DNA from: Azolla caroliniana
Taxonomy: Eukaryota > Plantae > Polypodiophyta
Direction of reading: 5' to 3'
DNA length: 64,000 nt
Assembly (NCBI GenBank): GCA_043228905.1
Contig: JBHGNT010000005.1
Span: forward strand, 19,840,001-19,904,000
The notes beneath the pieces are model-generated. The model searched no databases, was not told the DNA's origin, and saw only the letters and a program-made list of their open reading frames with translations. This document shows, piece by piece, positions 55,328 to 64,000 of this stretch (its first letter is position 1; each line of letters begins with the position of its first letter). The position numbers were made by a program, and so were the translations under genes.

Positions 55328-55335
55328 TATAAATA
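55328..55335 (+). promoter_or_regulatory. LTR-type TATA box just upstream of the hairpin
   Basis: ctataaataagaggcctaactaccctcat resembles the Gypsy LTR promoter (minus strand ggtataaatatgaggcttagctaccctcat at ~32974-33003). Confidence 0.55.
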
Positions 55336-55375
55336 AGAGGCCTAACTACCCTCATTTCATCATCTTTTGACTACG

Positions 55376-55812
55376 TCGAGACTCTATTTCGTGGTGGTTC
55401 AACTCTTGTAGCGAGTGCGCCAACACCATGTACGACTCGACGCCACGATGGTGGTATGGGACGCTGATCAAGGCTCGAGTCCGTCTCGATCCCTTCGCTT
55501 AGGGGTGGTCGGGTGGATCGACACCCTTCTTTCTCTCTCTCCTTTCTCTCTATCTATCTATCATTCTTTTCTCCTTATCATATGCTTACATTAGGGCATA
55601 TCTCTAATAGTAAGGATAAAAGAATGATAGATAGATAGATAGAAAGGAGAGAGAGAAAGAAGGGTGCCGATCCACCCGACCACCCCCGAGCGATGGGATC
55701 GAGACGGACTCGAGCCTTGATCGGCGTCCCATACCACCACCGTGGCGTCGAGTCGTACCTGGTGCTGGCATGCTCGCTACAACAGTTGAACCTCCACGAA
55801 ATAGAGTCTCGA
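55376..55812. repeat. Long inverted repeat (~202-bp arms, ~33-nt loop), LTR R/U5-derived
   Basis: 55376-55577 is the reverse complement of 55611-55812 with ~15 mismatches counted by eye. Confidence 0.95.
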
Positions 55813-57679
55813 ATACGCTCTAACTTTTAATTTTAAACTCTTGTTTTAACTTATTAAATTTTATATCCATTATATGTAGAGTCTCCTTATGATAAGTATG
55901 ATGATCAAATTTATGATCAGTATGATGACAAAATTTATCATAAGTATGATGAATAAATTTATGATGATTTTCTCACACAAATTTATAATAAGTATGATGA
56001 TTAATATCAATAAAAATTGGTTTGGTTTTGATTTATGATAAACCGGTTTGGTTTGGTTTGTTTTCTCCTAATTTTTAAACGGTTCGGCTCTAAACGGTTT
56101 AGTTTAAATGGTTTCATGAATTTTAAACAGTTTGGTTGTTTTTATTATTGATAAATGGTTTGGTTTGGTTTCAAGGCCAAGAAACCAAACCGGGCCCATT
56201 GATATCAACAACCACATCACTACTAGCTCTATGCAACATTTTTTTCCCCTTCTCTATAACCACTAAACTTTGTTTTTCCATATCCATAGATTGAGTTCCC
56301 TTATTCTTAGGGCCCAAACCTTGACGTGAGACCTCTTTATAACCTGCTCTAGATGATGTTCCTTCATCCATAATCACCACAATATCAGACACACCAACAT
56401 CTCTCCCAACTTCTTCCTTACCATTCCCTTCATTATGAACCTCTATAGTTGAAGGACAATGACGATGACATTTTGCCATAAAGTGACCCCATTCACCACA
56501 TCCAAAACAATGACTTGCAAATGTCTCCCACTTCGATTTAAAACAAAGTCTTTTCATACCATGTGTGTTCATGCGCACCCATCCTAGCCTCTTACGACTT
56601 GTATCCCATAACACACAAAATTTGCACTTTACCCATTTGACTATTCAACTCTGGTAAAAGTGGCCATAAAAATGTACGCTTACAATCCACTATTACCCAA
56701 ACAGGGCATTCTTGTTTTAAAAAAGCATGATAGTCCACTACAGGAGACCATTGCATTACATGCACCAATCGTTTATCAAAAAACACAAGAACTTTAGCCA
56801 ACAATGCACTTCTGTACTTCGATGTTCCGGTGAACAAAATACTACATCATAAAAACCTCATGATCCTGCATATATATTTTCAACACAATTGTGTTCAACC
56901 ATTTTTTAATCCAATTAATTTATGGGAGTTTCCCGGTAAAATATAATATGACTGCATGGTCATAGACTACATCAAAAGACTGTGACACTGCCTTAGCATC
57001 AACTTCCACATCATGCACATCCTCATTAATGCATTCTTTCGCTTCATTTTCATTTCCACAATATCAGACAACAAGGTATTGGCAATTCCCCATAAATTAT
57101 CCCAATTACAATGATCCTTGTCAACCTCATCTACATGTATTACTTCGGCATATGTCAATTTTTTCTCATTAATTTCCTCAATACACTCAAGCCTCATAGA
57201 GCTTCCAATGTCTTCCCTTTCATGATTACATTCAACCCTCACATTACTCTTTTTTGGATCAATTGTTTCCATATCGATGTCCCCCACAATTTGTAAGGAA
57301 CTCATGTTTATATCCATTATTCTTGATGTGATTTTGATTGGGAATAAAAATAAATCTCCATGAACAAGAGAGAACTGGAATGCACCCAATTGAAGAGGTG
57401 AAAGATGGTGAAGACAATAGAAGACCCGCAATGTGTGTTGAGTATGTGGATGCCGACAACACAAGATTCCTTATTACTCTCGTTGCTTCTCATACAGACC
57501 ACCAAATTTAACTTGCTATATCTCGTTACGAATATCTAATTGAGGGCTTTCTAACACTTGTCTTTATGCCAAATTCCGTTGCCGATAGAGATCGCAGCAA
57601 CAAAAACAAATTCACTTCTTCTTCTTCCCCACTCCACTCTTGCTTCTTTTTTCCTCTCTCTCTCTCTACTCTCTCCCTC

Positions 57680-58157
57680 TTTTTTGGTGAAAACACACAA
57701 TTATCTTAATAAATGTGTGTAAAAAACACTACTTACAATGGGTGTGAGAATGGAGTATGGTAACCCACCAACCACACTACATGGGTAGTGGAACATGTTG
57801 AATTGCCAATAGGAAAGACTAACACTACACCGAGGAAAGAATTTCCACTTGCTCCAATAAAGAAAATTGTCACATTAGTACTCCCTTCAACTTTTGTAGA
57901 TATGCTTTCACTCCATGTCTACCATCGAATACAAAAGTGTTGTGCATATTCCAATTACGACGCAATCCCCAATATCTCAAAAATAGAAAATTGATCTCCA
58001 TCTATGATTTTGGGTCAACCTGTGTAAATTTTCCAAACACCCACTGTCTAGGTATCAAATAACACCATGATAAGACTTACCAAATTTGAGAAATGTAACT
58101 CCAAATCGCATAAAGCAATCAGACATTGTATAAATCAATAAGTACTATCTTCCATTT
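57680..58157 (-). mobile_element. L1-like LINE 3' fragment, target of the next Copia
   Basis: Terminus ttttggtgaaaacacacaattat...cttaca parallels 16741-16795; decayed zf-RVT-like coding remnants. Confidence 0.5.
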
Positions 58158-61100
58158 TGTTGAGCGGCAAGCTCAACTGGAGCCGGATCGGCTGGATAAG
58201 CTTGAGCCGGCAAGCGAGACGGATCGGTAAGTCGGTGAGCAATCGAGCCGGCAAGCAACAGAGCCGGTTAGCCAGATCCAATCGGTAACCGGAAGCCTAG
58301 TATTAGTTTAGACTACTAGGCAGTTATAGTCTTGTAGTAAGTGTCAGATGCTCGTGTGAGCATTGAAGTACGTGGTTCTTTTGTCAGTCCCACGAGGACT
58401 TGTATAAATAGTGCTATTGAGCACAATAGTATCTACAGAGTGTTTATATCGTTTTTGAATATAGCTTTTACGTTCTGCTCTCTCTGTCTCTCCCGTGTAC
58501 TCTGTGTATTCTCTGATTTTCTCTGTTTTCTAACGCTTCTGCAAGTAATCGTTTACATGGTATCAGAGCGCGAGGGTTGAGAACCTCTGCAGCCGACAAA
58601 CGCTTGAAAGCAAGCCCTAACATCTCGTAAGAACAATAGACAGAGAAGTGATGGATAGAGGAATGGCTAGCTCACTCCCTGTGGAGAAACTCGACAGATC
58701 CAACTACGCATCTTGGTCGTACAAGATGCACCAGTACCTGCTTGGGCGCTACTGGAGTTTCATCGAAGGAGCCAATGAAACAACACCTGGTGCGACACAT
58801 AAGGATTTCCCAGTGTGGGAACAATCGGCAAGTAGAGTGATGTACTGTTTCGCATCCAGTGTCGGAGACCAGCTGTTGAGCCACATCCGAGATGCCAAGA
58901 TGCCAAAGGAGGCTTGGGGAAACCCGAAGAAGGTTTTCGCTGCGAGCACTACAACTCGGAAGCTGCAACTCCGACAGGAGTTGAGCAATGTCTGACAAAA
59001 GGACATGTCGGTGGCGGATTACATGGCCCGGATCAAATAGATCTATGACTCGCTTGCCTCTATCAACGTTACCGTAGAGGAAGACGAGATGGTACAAGTC
59101 TGTCTTGGGGGCCTGACGTCTAAGTTCAGAGCGTTCCGAACGACAGTATGTACAAGGGAGAATACGCCGTCATTTTTTGACTTACAGTTGATGCTCCTTG
59201 TAGAGGAGAACCACGTCGGTGCGTCAACTAGCGCACCCATTGACAACCGGATGTTGTACACGGAAGCGAATCGGTCCCGTGGGCGTGGGGACGAGGCGGG
59301 TCGGCACGCAATGGAGGCGGTCGGCAAGACCAGGAACAAAGGCACAGAGAACGTGCTGACAACAATTCTGGACCCTCCAGGAGCAGGGGGAGTCATGGCG
59401 GCACCGGAAGACAACAAGAGAAGACTGCAACGGAATGTTGGTACTGTGGAAAAAAGGGCCACAGAGAAAGCGAGTGCTGGAGAAAACGCGCCGATTCGGA
59501 CAAATCCAGATCCAGCAAGGCTGGCAAGGATGGCCGGCAAAGCTCGCACTACACGAAGGGATCAGGAGGATCCAAGAATGGTAACGGGCTAGCCTTAGTG
59601 ATGAAGCACGAGGCGAACTCGATGAAGAAGACCACTTCCAAATCAGAGGAAGTGTGGTATGTTGATTCTGGTGCGTTGAACCACATGACGAGCCACAAAG
59701 AGTGTTTCTCCTTCTTGGAGAAACCGGATCAACCAGGAGTAGTCGAAACCGGAGACGAAACTCCTCACCAAATCGTGCACGTCGGAGAAGTCCCTTTGAG
59801 CCACCTCGAACAGAAGGGGAAGCTGATGAACGTATTACACACTCCGACAATCACGAAGAACCTAGTGTCGGTCAGACAGATCGTCAACCAGGGGATGTAG
59901 GTGCAGTTTACGCACCTTGGGTGCTTCATCGAGAAAGAGGGCCAGATTATTGCGCAAGGGCGCAAAGACAGGAGGATGTTTATCCTCGACACCAATGACG
60001 TCGACACCGCTCTATTTGCAAAAGGACAAAAGGTCGAATCGGACATCGACCTATGGCACAAGTGGATAGGCCACGTCAATTACCGGAGGCTTCAAGACCT
60101 ACAAACGAAACAAGTTGTTTTCGGTTTGCCGAAGTTCAACGGCCGGAAGGCCCAAGTATGTGAAGCCTACCAACTCGGGTAGCAACACCGGCTTCCATTC
60201 CCTACTGAACGTAACCGGAACCGTAATAAACTCGACCTTATCCATTCTGATGTGTGGGGACCGCCACAAAATGTTAGTCTTGAAGGGAGTCGATATTTCA
60301 TCTCCTTCATCGATGATTATACGCGGCACACCTGGATCTACCTCATTGAGCGGAAGAGTGAAGTCTTCGAGTGTTTCTGGAGTCTCCAAATCATGGTGGA
60401 ACGGGAATCAGAGAGGAAGATCAAATGCCTACGGTCGGATGGCGGAAAAGAATACTTTTTCGGCCAATTCAACCAAGGTTGTTAGGTACGTTAGGTACGG
60501 CACGGATACCATACGTATTTAACGTATTAATACCCGTATAGTACCTCCCAATTTAAAAATACGTTAAATACGTTTTTTTAATATGTTAAATACTTATAAA
60601 ATACGTAAAGTACATAAAATACGTATTTTACGTATAGTACGTTAAATACTTCTAGAATTTGAAATTTATTTACCTTTCTAAAAAATATCTATAATATTGT
60701 AAAAAACATCTATGTTTACACAATTTTGTGATGTATAATATAGTTCTACATCCTAAAATGCATATAAGACATTTGAACATTTCACATCCTAAAATACTTG
60801 TCGTAATATGGATGTCGACATTTCCTTATTCTATAAATCAGTGTAAGTGTGTATCACGATGTTCTACTTCAAATTGTAATTATTTACAATTATGCCTTCA
60901 TAGATTGAGGAATCGTCTACGATTATCACACTCATGATAGGTTTCTCTTTTCTTCGTTTTCTTCTTCTTCTTCTTCTTCTATCTTCTGCGATTATCACAC
61001 TCAAGACAGGTTTATGTCTTCTTTTCTCTCTTCATCTTCTTCATTGTCATCTCCTCTATTCTTCTTTCTTCCTTCCTTTGGCTTCTTTTTCAGTAAAATC

Positions 61101-64000
61101 TTTTTTTTTCTTTTGCTTTTTGTTAGGGTTTTACTTACATTTTCTTTATAAATACGTATTATACCTGTTTTTTTATAAATACGTTAAATATAGTATTGGA
61201 CAAATGTATATGATATTTGACTGAACAACATTGAGGTATAGTACGTACTATACAAATGATGAGGTACTATACGTATTTAAACATTAAATACGGGTACGTA
61301 AACAACCATGAATTCAACATTTATCTGCAGCAAAAGGGAATTCGGCGAGAGTTCAGTTGTAGATACACACTGCAACAGAACGGTGTTGCCGAAAGGAAGA
61401 ACCGGTCGCTTATTGATGCGGCAAGGGCAATGCTGGAGGAGAAGAGCATGCCCAAATTCTACTGGGCGGAGGTAGTCCGAACGGTTGTCTACATCCAGAA
61501 CCGGATCGGTGACAAGGTGTCAGTTCACGAGCTGTATTTCGGACGCAATCCGAATTTGAGACACCTTAAGATCTTCGGTAGCATTGCATATGTGCATGTA
61601 CCGGATGACAAGCGGAGGAAGCTAGATGCAAAATCGGAAAAATGCATCCTAGTCGGCTATGCTCAAGAGCAAAAGGGTTATAAGTGTTACAAAAGTGTGA
61701 TAATCGGAAAAATGCATCCTAGTCGAGATGTCAAGTTCGATGAATCAGCATCATGGTATTCCTTACCGACTCCGACTTCCGATTCCGACCCGATGCCGAT
61801 GGATGAGGGTAGTGTGCTTGAACCGGCCCAGGTAGAGGATGATGAAGCGTGGACTCAGGATGAGAGTCCGGAATCGTTCCGGTTGAGCGGGCCGAACGAG
61901 AGATTGAGTCAATCTTACCAGTCCGATGAGGAACCGGCGAGTAGTGGAGATTCCGCCGTGCACTCCCCGCGCAAGGAACCAAGGAGACGGTTCACACACA
62001 AAGAGAAGGGGAAGAAGAAATGCCGGAATTCGAAAGCGGCAACGATGAGTTGGATTGGTGTGCACCCGACTTTGGCAAGGAGAAAGGCGAATCTTCGGCA
62101 ACGAAGACCGAACCAGCCAAGAAGGGCCTCAAACTGGGTAACGGTAAGTTACGCCAGTCCACCCGCCAGAAGGATCCCGTCAAATGGTACGGGTACAATG
62201 AGTACATGGCGCATCACTATGTGTACATGACTAAGGTGGCGGAAGTGCGTGAGCCGGAGAGCTACATAGAAGAGGCAAAGGACGCTAATTGGCGTGCCGC
62301 TATGGAGGAAGAAATGCGGGCACTTGATGTCAACGAGACATGGGACCTAGTTGACCCTCCCCGTCACTGTAAACCGATCGGATGCAAGTGGGTGTACAAG
62401 GTAAAGTACAATGCCGACAGTTCAGTTAACCGGTACAAGGCCCGGTTAGTGGCAAAGGGATTTGCGCAGACACACGGAATCGACTACGACGAGACCTTCG
62501 CTCCGGTAGCGAAGATGACGACGGTTCGTGTGGTGTTGGCGGTTGCTGCAATAAGGGGGTGGCATCTTCACCAGATGGATGTGAAGAATGCGTTTCTTCA
62601 AGGTGATCTTGAAGAAGAAGTCTTTATGACTCAACCCCCCGGTTTTCAATCGGAGATGAACAAGCCGGCGGTATGCCGGCTGAAGAAGTCGTTGTACGGC
62701 CTGAAGTAAGCCCCTCGCGCTTGGAATGCGAAGATCACGCATCGGTTGCGTAAGATGGGGTTTGCAGCCTCCAAGTCCGACTCTTCTTTGTTCATCCGGC
62801 AAGGCTTAGCCAGTCTGGTATGTATCCTGTTGTATGTTGATGATTTAGTCATCATCGGACCAGGTCTTCCAAAAGTCAACCACGTCAAGTCCCAGTTGTC
62901 AGATGCATTTGAGATGAAGGACCTAGGGGACCTTCATTATTTTCTTGGGATTGAGGTGATCCGAACCTCTGATGGCATATTGCTCTCACAACGACATTAC
63001 GTCTTGAATATGTTGTACAAGTTCGGCATGACAGAATGCCGACTTGTCTCCACACCCTTGGACCGGAACTCGAAGCTTCGTCCCAACTCCGGACCGGCCT
63101 GCAATGAGCAACGGTTCCGACAAATTATCGGAAGCCTTATTTATTTGACTATCACGCGACCCGACATCAGCTATCCAGTCAGAATGATAAGTCAGTTCAT
63201 GCAGAAGCCGACCGTGGAGCACCTCCAGTGCGCGCAACGGATACTGCGTTATGTAGGCGGCACGAAGGACCGGGGCCTGTTATACCGGCGCGGTATACCC
63301 GAAGAGCTGGCCGGTTACACAGATGCCGATTGGGCCGGCGATGCATCAGATCGCCGATCAACCTCTGGTTACATGTTTTCCCTACGTAGCGCGGCCATTG
63401 CGTGGAGCAGCAAAAAGCAGCCAATAATTGCTCTGTCGAGCACTGAGGCTGAGTATCGGGGCGCTACCATTGCCACCTGCGATTGCTGCAAGACCTACAG
63501 ATCGAGGTACCAACCCTGATTCTGGTCTACTACGACAACATAAGCAGCATGCAACTCGCCAAGAACCCCGTATTCCATGCTCGCACAAAGCACATAGAAG
63601 TGCACTATCACTTTGTGCGTGAGCGTGTCCTGAGCGGTGAGGTCGAACTTCGGTATGTTCACACGGATCGGCAAGTTGCTGACATCTTCACCAAACCGCT
63701 CGGATCGGACAAGTTGCAGCACTCACCAAAATGCTTGGTGTTCAGCATCTCGACGTGCCACACTTGAGGGGGAGAACGGGCAAAGACACCGGAACGGGCA
63801 AAGGCAAAGAGACTGCTGATTGCGCCGGTGAGGGAAGAACTGACGAAGGGAGAGTCATGAAGAAGAAAGGAGCCGAGTCGACACGTCCGAACAAGTCGGA
63901 ACAAGTGGTAGCGGCAGAAGAGTCAAGAAGGACAGAGCCGACCGAAGGAAGAAGGCCAAGACCCAAACATGGTCCGATGTGGTGAAGGGCCTGGAACTAG
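58158..64000 (+). mobile_element. Decayed Copia element related to A/B; 3' LTR beyond window
   Basis: LTR 58158-58557 (TG...CA); PBS tggtatcagagc 58558-58569; gag LPVEKLDRSNYASW; WYVDSGA; HSDVWGP; [11 protein letters not shown]; LYVDDL; YTDADWAG; ARTKHIEVHYHFVRE. Many stops. Confidence 0.92.
60474..61310. mobile_element. hAT-type MITE (837 bp) inserted in the Copia integrase
   Basis: 8-bp TSD AATTCAAC (60466-60473, 61311-61318); TIR caaggttgtt / aacaaccatg; AT-rich with many TACGT motifs; Copia frame resumes after it. Confidence 0.88.

Larger units (their letters stand above)
54541..56204. mobile_element. Non-autonomous hAT-type DNA transposon carrying LTR-derived cargo
   Basis: TIRs tagcaatgggcctggttt / aaaccgggcccattgata; 8-bp TSD TCAACAAC (54533-54540, 56205-56212); many subterminal AAACCG/CGGTTT motifs; no transposase ORF. 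Confidence 0.85.
53850..57600 (-). mobile_element. Degenerate L1-like LINE 5' part (ORF1 with zinc knuckle, ORF2 endonuclease start), interrupted by a hAT element
   Basis: VHVMQWSP...CPVWV and CFGCGEWGHFMAKC (plant L1 ORF1-like); YSGVVLIV...GRFLVLQI (AP-endonuclease-like). Boundaries approximate. Confidence 0.65.

Noticed and set aside
55376-55812. Hairpin as a MITE, DIRS inverted LTR or hammerhead retrozyme
   Set aside because: No short TSD at the arm ends, no tyrosine recombinase ORF and no hammerhead core seen; arms resemble Gypsy LTR sequence.

Overview
Eukaryotic land-plant nuclear DNA (spliceosomal introns, microsatellites, plant LTR retrotransposons; a fern-like large genome is an inference). 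The left 30 kb holds three host genes: a 5'-truncated multi-exon TIO/FUSED Ser/Thr kinase (+), a convergent formyltetrahydrofolate deformylase (PurU-type, -), and an F-box/LRR-type gene (-) whose 9.4-kb intron contains LINE remnants and a complete Copia element with TG...TA ends. The right 34 kb is a nested transposon field: a very young, apparently intact chromodomain Ty3/Gypsy element inside a LINE; a self-nested Copia cluster with a chimeric tRNA-Trp-primed LTR/gag insert; an L1-like LINE interrupted by a non-autonomous hAT element; and a further Copia interrupted by a hAT MITE. The most unusual structure lies inside the hAT element: a heat-shock-element-like array, then an LTR-type TATA box, then a ~437-nt LTR-derived hairpin sharing a perfect 21-mer with the young Gypsy LTR. 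It is a candidate mobile hairpin-siRNA locus. All coordinates and counts were read by eye; no searches were run.
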